Source of the DNA: Bacteroidota bacterium
Lineage (GTDB): Bacteria > Bacteroidota > Bacteroidia > Bacteroidales > UBA4417
Length of the DNA: 64,000 nt
Direction of reading: 5' to 3'
Assembly: GCA_022711175.1 (NCBI GenBank)
Contig: JAKLFM010000001.1
Coordinates: 1,777 to 65,776, forward strand
The position numbers and the translations under genes are program-made. Below the pieces are notes generated by a model. That model was not told the origin of the DNA. It searched no databases and worked only from the letters and a program-made list of their open reading frames with translations. Shown here one piece after another: positions 17,250 through 27,406 of the stretch (position 1 is the stretch's first letter; the number at the start of each line of letters is the position of its first letter).

Positions 17250-18419
17250 GTGGCGGCTGATCTCAAATATAACCTTCGTGGTGTAAGTGCTTCGAAAGAA
17301 GATGTTCATAATGCCATCAGGAATATTGATAAAGGGCTGTTTCCCAATGCTTTCTGCAAAGTAATCCCCGACCTGCTGGCCGGTGATCCTGAGTATTGCA
17401 CGGTGATGCATGCCGACGGCGCCGGCACAAAATCGAGCCTCGCATATATTTACTGGAAAGAAACAGGCGACCTCTCGGTGTGGAAAGGCATCGCGCAGGA
17501 TGCCATTGTAATGAATACCGATGACCTGCTCTGCGTTGGTATTGCTGATGGAATCCTGCTGTCGTCAACCATTGGCCGCAACAAGAACCTGATTCCCGGC
17601 GAGGTAATCAAAGCCATTATAGAAGGCACAGAAGAGTTCCTCGAAAAGATGCGTTCGCTGGGCGTGGGCATTCACTCAACCGGCGGCGAAACTGCTGATG
17701 TTGGCGACCTCGTGCGAACTGTGATCGTTGACAGCACTGTGACTGCAAGGGCAAGGCGGTCGGATATCATAGAAAATAATATACAGCCCGAGGATGTCGT
17801 TGTCGGCCTGGCAAGTTACGGACAAGCCTCATACGAAAACGCTTACAATGGCGGCATGGGCTCAAACGGGCTTACATCGGCACGCCATGATGTTTTCAGC
17901 CATGAATATGCCGCCAGATACCCCGAAAGCTTTGATAATAACCTCACACCCGATGTTGTGTACTGCGGTGAATTGCTTGTGACCGATAAAACCGAAGTCC
18001 CGGGCATTGATGCAGGTAAATTAGTGCTATCCCCAACACGCACCTATGCACCGGTGATTGCTGAAATCCTCAGGAATCACCGCCATGAGATTCACGGCAT
18101 GATTCATTGCAGCGGCGGAGCGCAAACCAAAGTGCTGCATTTTATTGACAACCTGCACATTATCAAGGACAACCTGTTTCCTGTTCCTCCGCTTTTCAGG
18201 ATGATTCAGGCCCAAAGCAATACACCATGGCGCGAAATGTACCAGGTATTCAACATGGGCCACAGGATGGAACTTTATGTTCCTCAGGCTGTTGCCAAAA
18301 GTATTATTGATATTTCGGAGACATATAATATCGAAGCCCGGATCGTTGGCCGATGCGAACCATCAGATCACAAGCGCCTTACAATCAAAACGCAGGAAAG
18401 CATCTACGAATACCTTTGA
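17250..18419 (+). CDS. purM: AIR synthase-family protein, probable phosphoribosylformylglycinamidine cyclo-ligase
   Basis: Motifs MHADGAGTKS, AMNTDDLLCVG and STGGETADVGD are present, and the 389-aa length is typical of Bacteroidota PurM. The start codon is non-ATG (GTG). Confidence 0.7.
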   Translation: MAADLKYNLRGVSASKEDVHNAIRNIDKGLFPNAFCKVIPDLLAGDPEYCTVMHADGAGTKSSLAYIYWKETGDLSVWKGIAQDAIVMNTDDLLCVGIADGILLSSTIGRNKNLIPGEVIKAIIEGTEEFLEKMRSLGVGIHSTGGETADVGDLVRTVIVDSTVTARARRSDIIENNIQPEDVVVGLASYGQASYENAYNGGMGSNGLTSARHDVFSHEYAARYPESFDNNLTPDVVYCGELLVTDKTEVPGIDAGKLVLSPTRTYAPVIAEILRNHRHEIHGMIHCSGGAQTKVLHFIDNLHIIKDNLFPVPPLFRMIQAQSNTPWREMYQVFNMGHRMELYVPQAVAKSIIDISETYNIEARIVGRCEPSDHKRLTIKTQESIYEYL

Positions 18420-18421
18420 TC

Positions 18422-19354
18422 ATGAAAAAACTACTTACAATCCTTTATTTCAGCTTTCTGATTGTAACGATGAATGCCCAGCCTGTTGAACTCAATACTC
18501 CCACCGGAACGATTTTTGGAACGCTGCAGGTTCCAGATGTGGAGCATCCGGTTCCCGTGGTGCTGCTTATTGCCGGTTCAGGCCCCACCGACCGTGACGG
18601 GAATAACCCGGCGATGAAGAACAATTCGCTGAAAATGCTTGCCGACTCGCTGTTTGAGCATGGCTATGCATCCCTGCGTTATGATAAACGCGGCATTGCT
18701 GAAAGCAAGGATGCCGGCTCCGATGAATCGGAACTTCGCTTTGAGCACTATATTGACGATGCTGCTGCCTGGATTGAACAGCTGCGAAAAGACAACAGAT
18801 TTTCGAAATATATTATCGCAGGCCACAGCGAAGGTTCACTTATCGGAATGATTGCTGCTGCCAAAACTCAGGCAGATGGTTTTATTTCATTAGCCGGTGC
18901 AGGGTATAAAGCTGGTGATATACTGAAAACGCAACTTGCCGCCCAGCCCGAACCGGTCAAAAGCGCATGTTACTCATCCATTGACAGCCTCGAAGCTGGA
19001 AAAACATTTTCGGAAGTAAATCCCCTGCTCTATTCATTGTTTCGCCCCAGTATTCAACCATACCTGATTTCATGGTTCAGGTATAATCCCTGTGAGGAGA
19101 TCAAGAAGCTGACATTGCCGGTACTCCTGGTGCAGGGCACAACCGACATACAAGTGAGCGTTCAGGATGCCGAAAACCTGAAACAAGCTAAACCAGGTGC
19201 ACGGCTTGTTGTGATCGAAGGCATGAACCACATCCTGAAAAATGCTCCCGCCGAAAGGCAGGCAAACATTGCCACTTATACCGATCCTGTTCTTCCATTG
19301 AATGATATACTTGTGAAGGAAGTGACAGCATTTATTATGCAATTGCAACAATAA
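18422..19354 (+). CDS. alpha/beta hydrolase, secreted
   Basis: The ATG at 18422 gives MKKLLTILYFSFLIVTMNAQ. The nucleophile elbow is AGHSEGS (GxSxG), and GMNHIL lies near the C-terminus. Confidence 0.7.
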   Translation: MKKLLTILYFSFLIVTMNAQPVELNTPTGTIFGTLQVPDVEHPVPVVLLIAGSGPTDRDGNNPAMKNNSLKMLADSLFEHGYASLRYDKRGIAESKDAGSDESELRFEHYIDDAAAWIEQLRKDNRFSKYIIAGHSEGSLIGMIAAAKTQADGFISLAGAGYKAGDILKTQLAAQPEPVKSACYSSIDSLEAGKTFSEVNPLLYSLFRPSIQPYLISWFRYNPCEEIKKLTLPVLLVQGTTDIQVSVQDAENLKQAKPGARLVVIEGMNHILKNAPAERQANIATYTDPVLPLNDILVKEVTAFIMQLQQ

Positions 19355-19407
19355 TCTTTGTTTCTGCGTTTACAGCAGTATCCTGTTCACCACAAACGCA
19401 AGAATAA

Positions 19408-20709
19408 TTGAGAAATTCCGGGTCGCTGAAATTTCTGGCAGTTGTAATTATTGCCCTGTTTTGCTTTAAGAATGTTTCCCCGTGCAGCATGTACAAGATT
19501 ACTGTTGCGGGCAAAACCATGGTTGGCAATAACGAAGACAGCTGGCGGCGCGATCCTCGAATATGGTTCGAACAGTCATCGGCTGGCAAAGCAGGCGTTG
19601 CATATGTTGGTTATGCCGGCAAATCGGGACCTGACGGCGCTGTGAACGAATACGGGCTTGCCTATGATGCATTTACCATGCCCCACAAGCCAGGCATGCC
19701 CGGAAGAGACCCCGGCAAAAAAGATTTTTCATACAGCCAGCTGAAAACCATCATGCAGACGTGCAAGACAGTGGATGACGTCAATGCCATTTTAAGTGAA
19801 CAAAACCTGCATGTCCTGAATGGCAGCCCTCTTTTTAACGGAGGAATGTTACTATTTGCTGACAGTACTGGGAAATACTTAGTTGTGGAAGCAGGTAAAC
19901 TGACTTTCGGCAATGACGAGAAGTTCCTGCTGGCAAACTTCAGTATCGCTGATACCAAAGATTTGAGCACCATAAAAATGGAACGCTACTGCAAGGGTGT
20001 TGATTTCCTGAGGAATAAACCGCTGAGTACCGATGTTGCGTTCTGCACTGCCTTATCTGATACCATGAGTGTAAACCGTAAAAAAGCCGGCGACGGAACG
20101 TTATATACCACCATTTACGACCTGAAAGACGGAATCATTTACGCTTACTTCTTTCATGATTATAACCAGCGAGTGACTTTTAACCTTAAGGAAGAACTGG
20201 CAAAAGGCGACCATGCCTATAGTTTCACTGATCTGTTTCCATCCAATTACAACTTCAGCAGATTTCTCAGCTTTATGACTCCCCAGAACAATAAGCTGAT
20301 TTTCATGTTTCTAATAGCCTGCAGCCTGATCTTCGCTTTCACATTTGTCTTCTTCCTCTTCAGTTTTTTCAAATCGCCAAAATCGGAACCTCGCAGGTAT
20401 CTCAAACTTATTTTGTCGTTCACAGGTTTGGCATTTTGCTACTATTCTTATGTACTGCTTCGCAATCAGGGTATTTATTATTTCCCGGCACCATTCCTTG
20501 ACGGCTACTCCGTGATGGTGTCAATATCATCGTACCTGCCTTTATTATTGATCCTTTCGATAATTCCTCTCGTATTGGCGTTGATCAGGATAATCAGAAA
20601 AAAGCAGTGGAGCCGGTTTGCCAGGATAATTTTCGTAGTAAACACATTTGTTTTTATTATACTCTTAGGGTTATTTGCATACTGGCAACTATTTGATATA
20701 TTCGGCTAA
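19408..20709 (+). CDS. Ntn (C45/choloylglycine-like) hydrolase domain fused to a polytopic membrane domain
   Basis: The signal-like segment ends ...NVSPC-SMYKITVAGKTMVGNNEDSW, placing a Cys at the predicted mature N-terminus as in Ntn hydrolases. The last roughly 140 aa contain about 4-5 hydrophobic helices. Confidence 0.45.
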   Translation: MRNSGSLKFLAVVIIALFCFKNVSPCSMYKITVAGKTMVGNNEDSWRRDPRIWFEQSSAGKAGVAYVGYAGKSGPDGAVNEYGLAYDAFTMPHKPGMPGRDPGKKDFSYSQLKTIMQTCKTVDDVNAILSEQNLHVLNGSPLFNGGMLLFADSTGKYLVVEAGKLTFGNDEKFLLANFSIADTKDLSTIKMERYCKGVDFLRNKPLSTDVAFCTALSDTMSVNRKKAGDGTLYTTIYDLKDGIIYAYFFHDYNQRVTFNLKEELAKGDHAYSFTDLFPSNYNFSRFLSFMTPQNNKLIFMFLIACSLIFAFTFVFFLFSFFKSPKSEPRRYLKLILSFTGLAFCYYSYVLLRNQGIYYFPAPFLDGYSVMVSISSYLPLLLILSIIPLVLALIRIIRKKQWSRFARIIFVVNTFVFIILLGLFAYWQLFDIFG

Positions 20710-20804
20710 TACTGCACCAGGTTTCCGGCATCATCTCAGGATTTGTTCTGATACGATATAGCCTCGCCAATGAATAGCCACAACAATACTTCATCATAAA
20801 ACAC

Positions 20805-20812
20805 TACCTTTG
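20805..20812 (+). promoter_or_regulatory. putative -7 box TACCTTTG
   Basis: It matches TAnnTTTG and lies 29 nt upstream of the prfA ATG. Confidence 0.4.
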
Positions 20813-20840
20813 CAGCTGCGAAAAACACTGCAATACCGAT

Positions 20841-21911
20841 ATGTTAGATAAACTCGAAGCCATATACCTGCGATTTCTCGATCTCGAAAAACAAATGGCC
20901 CAGCCCGATGTAATGTCGGACATGAAGTCGTTTGTCAAACTCAATAAAGATTACAAGGAACTTCAACCCATCATTGCCGCTTATAAGGATTACAAAACCC
21001 TGATGAACGGTATCGAAACCGCCCGCACCATCCTCAACGAGGAAAAAGACCCTGAACTGCGCGAGTTCGCCAGGGAAGAACTTGACACCATGCTGGTGAA
21101 GCAGGAGAAAATGGAGGAAGACATTCGCCTGATGCTCATCCCTGCCGATCCGCAGGACGGTAAAAATGCCGTGGTTGAAATCCGTGCCGGAACCGGTGGC
21201 GACGAAGCCAGTCTGTTTGCCGGCGACCTGTATCGCATGTACATCCGCTTTTGCGAAAACAAAGGCTGGAAGATTGAACCCGTGAGCGTTACCGAAGGCA
21301 CCGTGGGTGGCTTTAAGGAGGTGATATTCGAGGTAAGAGGCGAAGGCGTTTACGGCATCATGAAATACGAATCAGGCGTGCACCGTGTGCAGCGCGTGCC
21401 GGCCACCGAAACACAGGGACGTGTACACACCTCGGCAGCAACAGTGGCTGTGTTGCCCGAAGCCGATGAATTTGATGTTGACATAAAACCCAACGACATA
21501 CGCAAAGACACTTACTGCTCGTCGGGACCCGGCGGACAGAGCGTAAACACAACCTACTCCGCTGTAAGGCTCACACATATCCCGACCGGCATTGTGGTTG
21601 CCATTCAGGATGAGAAATCGCAGATCAAGAACTTTGAAAAAGCAATGACTGTGCTGCGGACACGCATTTTTGAGATGGAATACCAGAAATACCTCGACGA
21701 TATTTCGAAAAAACGCAAGACCATGGTATCCTCGGGCGACCGTTCGGCTAAGATTCGCACTTACAACTATCCTCAAAGCCGCGTTACCGACCACCGCATC
21801 AACATGACCGTTTACAACCTGCCAGTTTTCATGGACGGCGACATACAGGAGATGATCAACGAGTTGCAGCTGGCCGAAAACGCCGAACGGCTGAAGGAGG
21901 CAGTGGAGTAA
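20841..21911 (+). CDS. prfA: peptide chain release factor 1
   Basis: GGQ motif ([12 protein letters not shown]) and the RF1-type PAT tripeptide ([10 protein letters not shown]) are present. Confidence 0.95.
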   Translation: MLDKLEAIYLRFLDLEKQMAQPDVMSDMKSFVKLNKDYKELQPIIAAYKDYKTLMNGIETARTILNEEKDPELREFAREELDTMLVKQEKMEEDIRLMLIPADPQDGKNAVVEIRAGTGGDEASLFAGDLYRMYIRFCENKGWKIEPVSVTEGTVGGFKEVIFEVRGEGVYGIMKYESGVHRVQRVPATETQGRVHTSAATVAVLPEADEFDVDIKPNDIRKDTYCSSGPGGQSVNTTYSAVRLTHIPTGIVVAIQDEKSQIKNFEKAMTVLRTRIFEMEYQKYLDDISKKRKTMVSSGDRSAKIRTYNYPQSRVTDHRINMTVYNLPVFMDGDIQEMINELQLAENAERLKEAVE

Positions 21912-21938
21912 GCGAATAGCAAATAGTTAATAGTAAAT

Positions 21939-21976
21939 AACGAATAACGATTAACGAATAACGATTAACGAATAAC
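21939..21976. repeat. short tandem repeat, about 2.7 copies of AACGAATAACGATT
   Basis: Identical 14-mers lie at 21939-21952 and 21953-21966, with a partial copy at 21967-21976. The underlying unit is a 7-mer AACGAWT. The repeat sits between prfA and pyrF. Confidence 0.8.
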
Positions 21977-21981
21977 TTTTA

Positions 21982-22827
21982 ATGAATCGCGAACAACTCT
22001 TCAACCTTATTCAGCAAAAAAGATCGTTCCTGTGTGTGGGCCTCGACAGCGATCTCACAAAAATACCGGCTCATCTTCTGCATGAGGAAGATCCCGTTTT
22101 TGCGTTCAACCGACAGATCATTGATGCCACCATCGAATACACCGTTGCTTACAAGCCAAATTTCGCCTTTTACGAAAGCCGCGGTATAGCAGGGTTACAG
22201 AGCCTTTCGAGAACCATGAATTACCTTGAAGCATTTCAGGACCAGGCTTTTACAATAGCCGATGCCAAGCGTGGCGACATAGGCAACACTTCGGCTCAAT
22301 ATGCTAAAGCTGTTTTTGATAAAAGCATCTCGGGTTTCAGTTTTGACGCTGTAACCGTTGCACCTTACATGGGTGAAGATTCGGTAAAGCCCTTCCTCGA
22401 TTTCGGAGGCAAATGGGCCATTATCCTGGCACTCACGTCAAACAAGGGTTCCGACGATTTCCAGTTGTTCAGCAACGGATCAGGAAAACGGTTGTTCGAA
22501 CAGGTGCTCGAACGCACACAGCATTGGGGCTCGCCCGACAATATCATGTATGTTGTGGGTGCTACCAAGGCCGAAATGCTCAGCAACATCCGCGACATTG
22601 TCCCGGATCATTTCCTGCTGGTTCCCGGTGTGGGCGCCCAGGGCGGAAACCTGCAGGATGTTGCAAAACATGGTATGAACGATCATTGCGGCCTGCTGGT
22701 AAATGCCTCGAGAAGTATCATTTTCGCTTCAAACGGTGTTGATTTTGCTGAAAAAGCCAAAGCCGAAGCCGCTTCAATGCAGCAGGAGATGGAAACATTG
22801 CTTAAATCAGCAGGACTGATTCAATAG
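21982..22827 (+). CDS. pyrF: orotidine-5'-phosphate decarboxylase (type 2)
   Basis: Motifs LCVGLDSD, DAKRGDIGNT and LVPGVGAQGG are present. Confidence 0.9.
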   Translation: MNREQLFNLIQQKRSFLCVGLDSDLTKIPAHLLHEEDPVFAFNRQIIDATIEYTVAYKPNFAFYESRGIAGLQSLSRTMNYLEAFQDQAFTIADAKRGDIGNTSAQYAKAVFDKSISGFSFDAVTVAPYMGEDSVKPFLDFGGKWAIILALTSNKGSDDFQLFSNGSGKRLFEQVLERTQHWGSPDNIMYVVGATKAEMLSNIRDIVPDHFLLVPGVGAQGGNLQDVAKHGMNDHCGLLVNASRSIIFASNGVDFAEKAKAEAASMQQEMETLLKSAGLIQ

Positions 22828-22867
22828 ACCTTCCCTGCCGTTTCCCGAATTACAAACCGGTTCTTCA

Positions 22868-24007
22868 ATGCGCAGCAACATTTTCCGGATTTCTGCCGGC
22901 CTTGCCATAATCATTCTTATTACGTGGTTTCTTCTGCCTAAGTACATGCAGAAAGCCCTTATCTATCAGAAGCCCGGTATCCGTGACCTTGAGATTTTTG
23001 AAAACAGGATGGTGAAGGCCGGCAAGCCAATGGCATGGCCTGTTGATTCACTCTGCAATGCTGAGCCGATCAGCGACAGCGCTTCAGCAGAATTTAAAAA
23101 GTATGAAACTGTGGCATATCTTGTGGTGAAAGGTGGCCGGATTGTTCATGAAGAGTATTGGGACGGATGGAACGACTCAACTGTAAGTAACTCTTTTTCA
23201 ATGGCCAAGAGTATTGTTTCGTTACTCATCGGTTGTCTTATAGAAGAAAAAAAGGTTGCTCTGGATGATCCCGTTCGCAAATACATTCCTGAATTACTGG
23301 ATATGAAGGATCACCCGGTACTGATCAGGCATCTTCTGACCATGAGTTCCGGACTCAACTGGGACGAGAGCTACAGCAGCCTTACATCCGTTACCACTGA
23401 AGCCTATTATGGCAATGATATTCAGGGGCTTGTCACTTCATTGAATCCCACCGAAGTTCCCGGCAAAATTCACAGATACAAAAGCTGTGACACACAGCTA
23501 CTTGGCATTATCGTAGAACGTGCTTCAGGCATGAAAGTCGCTGATTATGCCTCGCTCAGGCTTTGGCAGCCGCTTGGCGCAGAATTTTCAGCCTATTGGA
23601 GCCTCGACAGCAAAGACGGCAACGAAAAAGTTTACTGCTGCTTTAATGCCACTGCCCGCGATTTTGCCCGCATTGGCCAGATGGTTCTCGACAGCGGTAT
23701 GTTCAATGGCAGGCAGGTTGTACCAAAGGACTATATTTCGGAGGCTACCAGTCCGGCAACCTGTCTGAAGGATGATGAAGGAAAACCTTGCGATTATTAC
23801 GGCTATCAGTTCTGGCTAACGACATACAAAGGACAGCGTGTCATATTTGCCCGCGGCATACTGGGGCAATACATATTTATTATTCCTGCGCTCAACACGG
23901 TGATTGTCAGGCTCGGCCACAAACGTAGCGATGAATATACTCATCACACGCCAATGGATGCATTCACTTATATTGACGAAGGCATCCGACTTGCCACTCC
24001 AAAATAA
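22868..24007 (+). CDS. serine hydrolase, beta-lactamase/transpeptidase-like family
   Basis: It has an N-terminal TM/signal segment and an S-x-x-K motif (FSMAKS). The size and layout fit class-C-like esterases. Confidence 0.7.
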   Translation: MRSNIFRISAGLAIIILITWFLLPKYMQKALIYQKPGIRDLEIFENRMVKAGKPMAWPVDSLCNAEPISDSASAEFKKYETVAYLVVKGGRIVHEEYWDGWNDSTVSNSFSMAKSIVSLLIGCLIEEKKVALDDPVRKYIPELLDMKDHPVLIRHLLTMSSGLNWDESYSSLTSVTTEAYYGNDIQGLVTSLNPTEVPGKIHRYKSCDTQLLGIIVERASGMKVADYASLRLWQPLGAEFSAYWSLDSKDGNEKVYCCFNATARDFARIGQMVLDSGMFNGRQVVPKDYISEATSPATCLKDDEGKPCDYYGYQFWLTTYKGQRVIFARGILGQYIFIIPALNTVIVRLGHKRSDEYTHHTPMDAFTYIDEGIRLATPK

Positions 24008-24040
24008 AAAAGCCGGTAACAAAATGTACCGGCCTTTTTA
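24006..24040. terminator. bidirectional terminator between convergent genes
   Basis: The stem is GCCGGTA (24012-24018) with TACCGGC (24027-24033). An A-run lies on the left and a T-run on the right. Confidence 0.65.
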
Positions 24041-24054
24041 CACACTGATTCTCT

Positions 24055-25074
24055 TTAGTCAACAACAGTAACCCAGCCGAAGGGATCCGGTTCGTCACCA
24101 TATTGAATACCAAGCAACAGCCTGTAAAGTTTCGATGAAACCTCGCCGGCTTTACCGTCTTTACAGTACTTATATTCCTGCCCGGTCACACTGTCAACAA
24201 TGCGCCTGATCGGCGAAATCACGGCAGCGGTTCCGCATGCGCCTACTTCGTCGAATTCGGCGAGTTCTTCAACAGGCACTTTGCGTCTTTCAACCTTCAT
24301 ACCGATGCTTTCGGCAAGCTGCATCAGGCTCTTGTTGGTAATGGAAGGAAGTATAGATTCCGATGCAGGGGTTACATAAGTATTCCCTTTTATGCCGAAG
24401 AAGTTGGCAGGGCCGGCTTCATCGATATATTTCTTTTCGCGGGCATCGAGGAAAAGCGCTGATGCAAATCCTTCGCGGTGTGCGCGTTCACCGGCCATGA
24501 GGCTGGCTGCATAGTTTCCACCAACTTTATATCGACCTGTACCCAAAGGAGCAGCGCGGTCGCTGTCGCGGGCAATCTGGATGCTCACCGGGTTAAAGCC
24601 TTCCTTAAAATATGGGCCTACCGGAGTAACAAAAACAAGAAACATATATTCATCAGCAGGTTTTACCCCTACCCTTTTACCGGAACCGAAGAGCAGCGGC
24701 CTGATATAGAGCGATGCGCCGGTGCCGTATGGCGGAACGAAACTCCTGTTAAGCCTTACAACCGAGAAGACAGCTTCTTTAAAAAGCTCGCAGGGGGGCA
24801 CTGCCATAAGCAGTCCGTTGGCCGAATCCTGCATGCGTTTTGCGTTGTCTTCCCAGCGAAATAGCCTTATTTTACCGTCTTTCCCCATATATGCCTTAAG
24901 TCCCTCAAACGCCTGCTGCCCGTAATGAAGCCCGGTTGCGGCGATATGAACTGGCATGTATTCCGAGTCGGAGATTTCGAGCTTGCTCCATTCACCTTCA
25001 CGGAAATAGGCCCTCACGTTAAAATCTGTTTTCAGGTAACCGAAGGGTAACTTCCCCCATTCAATGTCTTCCAT
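24055..25074 (-). CDS. ilvE: branched-chain amino acid aminotransferase
   Basis: 339 aa. Motifs HYGQQAFEGLKAY, YIRPLLFG and GGNYAASL are typical of the long (BCAT-like) class IV aminotransferases. Confidence 0.85.
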   Translation of the reverse strand: MEDIEWGKLPFGYLKTDFNVRAYFREGEWSKLEISDSEYMPVHIAATGLHYGQQAFEGLKAYMGKDGKIRLFRWEDNAKRMQDSANGLLMAVPPCELFKEAVFSVVRLNRSFVPPYGTGASLYIRPLLFGSGKRVGVKPADEYMFLVFVTPVGPYFKEGFNPVSIQIARDSDRAAPLGTGRYKVGGNYAASLMAGERAHREGFASALFLDAREKKYIDEAGPANFFGIKGNTYVTPASESILPSITNKSLMQLAESIGMKVERRKVPVEELAEFDEVGACGTAAVISPIRRIVDSVTGQEYKYCKDGKAGEVSSKLYRLLLGIQYGDEPDPFGWVTVVD

Positions 25075-25458
25075 GGCATTTGGTTTTAGTGATGTATCGA
25101 GTATGGTTATTTTTAAAAAAGTCAGTAACCGTGGTATAAAAGCGTCGCGGTGCTATCACATATTCAGGGCGAATTTATAAATTATTCTTACGTGAAACTC
25201 TGAAAAACACTGTTTTTTAAATAATTTCGGCTAACAACTAACCTGCTGTGAGTATTTGAGTTAAAAAGTGTTTGCCAGGGTGGTGTTTGATATTTCCAGT
25301 TTGAGGTTTCCTTTTTTCTGATCGCTGTTCCGCGTTTCTGAAATTGCAGATTACAAGTTGAAATTGACAGCAAACTCCTTACCCTGTGCCAAATTGTCAT
25401 ATTCCCCGCGATGGCATATCCTTTGATCGACTCATGAAAAAATTTTAAAACAATTACC

Positions 25459-27363
25459 ATGCAAACCGGCAAAATCAACGTTCAGACCGAGAACATTTTT
25501 CCTATCATCAAGAAGTTCCTTTACTCGGATCACGAAATATTCCTGCGCGAGCTCATCTCGAACGCGGTGGATGCCACAACCAAACTTAAAACACTGGCAT
25601 CGATGGGCAAATTCCAGGATGACCTGGGCGACACAACCATCGAAGTATCAATTGATTCGAAAAAGAAAACACTCACTGTTAAAGACCATGGCATTGGCAT
25701 GACCGCCGATGAAGTGGAAAAATATATCAACCAGATCGCCTTTTCGGGTGCCGAAGAATTTTTGAAAAAATATAAGGGTAAAACCGAGGTTGAGCAGAGC
25801 GGTCTTATCGGCCATTTCGGTCTCGGCTTTTACTCGTCGTTTATGGTAGCCGACAAGGTTGAAATTCGCACCAAAACCTACAAGAAAGGCGCCGGTACAA
25901 AGGCTGTACGCTGGGAATGCGACGGTTCGCCCGAGTACAAACTTGAAGAAATTGAAAAAACCGACCGCGGCACCGAAATCGTTCTGCACGTGTCTGGCGA
26001 TTCCAAGGAATTTCTGGAAGAATACCGCATCCTCGAGTTGTTGAAAAAATACTGCAAATTCCTGCCCATCCCCATCCGTTTTGGAAACGAGAAAACCTGG
26101 GAACCCTCCGAAACCGAGAAAGATGACAAAGGCGAACCCAAGCAGGTAGAAGTCGAAAAACCACGCATCATCAACAATACCAACCCTTTATGGAAGCAGA
26201 TGCCGTCAGGTCTTACTGACGAAGACTACAAAAAGTTTTATCGCGAACTCTACCCCAATACCTTCGAAGAACCGCTTTTCAATATTCACCTTAATGTTGA
26301 TTACCCTTTTAACCTTACGGGAATATTGTTCTTCCCCAAGGTGAAACGCAATTACGAAATTCAGCGCGATAAAATCCAGCTTTACTGCAACCAGGTCTTC
26401 GTCACCGATTCGGTCGAAGGCATTGTTCCCGATTTTCTCACCCTGCTGCATGGTGTACTCGATTCGCCCGACATCCCGCTCAATGTTTCGCGCAGTTACC
26501 TGCAAAGCGATCAGAATGTGAAAAAGATTTCGGGCCACATCATGAAAAAGGTCGCCGACAGGCTCGAGGAAATCTTTAAAAACAACCGCGAGGAATTTGA
26601 GAAGAAGTGGGACGACATCAAGATTTTCATTGAATACGGCATGATTTCGGAACCTAAATTCTACGAAAGGGCCGAAAAATTTACGCTGCTGAAGGATACG
26701 GAAGGCAAATATTTCACTTTTGAGGAATACCGGAAACATATAAAGGCAACCCAAACCGACAAGGAAAAGAACCTGATTTACCTTTATACCACCAATATTG
26801 AAGAACAGCACAGCTTCATCAATGCAGCCAAATCGCGCGGTTACAGTGTACTAGTAATGGATACGCCGCTTGATGGCCATTTCATCAATGCCCTGGAGCA
26901 GAAATTTGAAAAATCGCAGTTCACCCGTGTTGATGCCGATGTGGTTGACAAACTGATAAAGAAAGAAGAGCAGCTGCCATCGAAACTTACTGAAGATCAG
27001 CAGAAAGAGCTTACCACCGTTTTTGAAGGCCTGGTTGAAAAAAGCAAATTCCATGTGGTTTTCGAAAGCCTCAGCGAAAGCGATCTGCCGGTTCTGATCA
27101 CGCAGCCGGAGTTTATGCGTCGCATGAAGGATATGTCGGCAATGGGCGGTGGCTACGATTTCATGGGCAGCATGCCCGATAATTACAATCTTGTGGTGAA
27201 CCCAAACCACCGGCTTGTTGGCAGGCTTGCCGAAACCAGTGAGGAGGAATCGCGCAACAAGCTTGCAAAACAGCTCATCGACCTGGCTCTTTTGTCGCAA
27301 AACCTGTTAAAAGGCAGTGAGTTGACAAGTTTTATTCAGCGCAGCGTTGATATCATTCAATAA
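25459..27363 (+). CDS. htpG: molecular chaperone HtpG (Hsp90)
   Basis: FLRELISNAVDA, DHGIGMT and GHFGLGFYS form the GHKL ATPase N-domain. The length is about 630 aa. Confidence 0.95.
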   Translation: MQTGKINVQTENIFPIIKKFLYSDHEIFLRELISNAVDATTKLKTLASMGKFQDDLGDTTIEVSIDSKKKTLTVKDHGIGMTADEVEKYINQIAFSGAEEFLKKYKGKTEVEQSGLIGHFGLGFYSSFMVADKVEIRTKTYKKGAGTKAVRWECDGSPEYKLEEIEKTDRGTEIVLHVSGDSKEFLEEYRILELLKKYCKFLPIPIRFGNEKTWEPSETEKDDKGEPKQVEVEKPRIINNTNPLWKQMPSGLTDEDYKKFYRELYPNTFEEPLFNIHLNVDYPFNLTGILFFPKVKRNYEIQRDKIQLYCNQVFVTDSVEGIVPDFLTLLHGVLDSPDIPLNVSRSYLQSDQNVKKISGHIMKKVADRLEEIFKNNREEFEKKWDDIKIFIEYGMISEPKFYERAEKFTLLKDTEGKYFTFEEYRKHIKATQTDKEKNLIYLYTTNIEEQHSFINAAKSRGYSVLVMDTPLDGHFINALEQKFEKSQFTRVDADVVDKLIKKEEQLPSKLTEDQQKELTTVFEGLVEKSKFHVVFESLSESDLPVLITQPEFMRRMKDMSAMGGGYDFMGSMPDNYNLVVNPNHRLVGRLAETSEEESRNKLAKQLIDLALLSQNLLKGSELTSFIQRSVDIIQ

Positions 27364-27406
27364 ATAAACGATCTTTGATACTACCAAAACCAAAACCAAT
27401 AGTAAG

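Noticed and set aside
20841-21911. Possible programmed frameshift in the release factor gene
   Set aside because: The gene is RF1 (PAT motif) and is read in one uninterrupted frame. The known +1 frameshift applies to prfB only.
25188-25478. A 96-aa minus-strand ORF in the ilvE-htpG intergenic region
   Set aside because: It overlaps the htpG start, has no recognisable domain and lies in a probable promoter region. It is most likely spurious.
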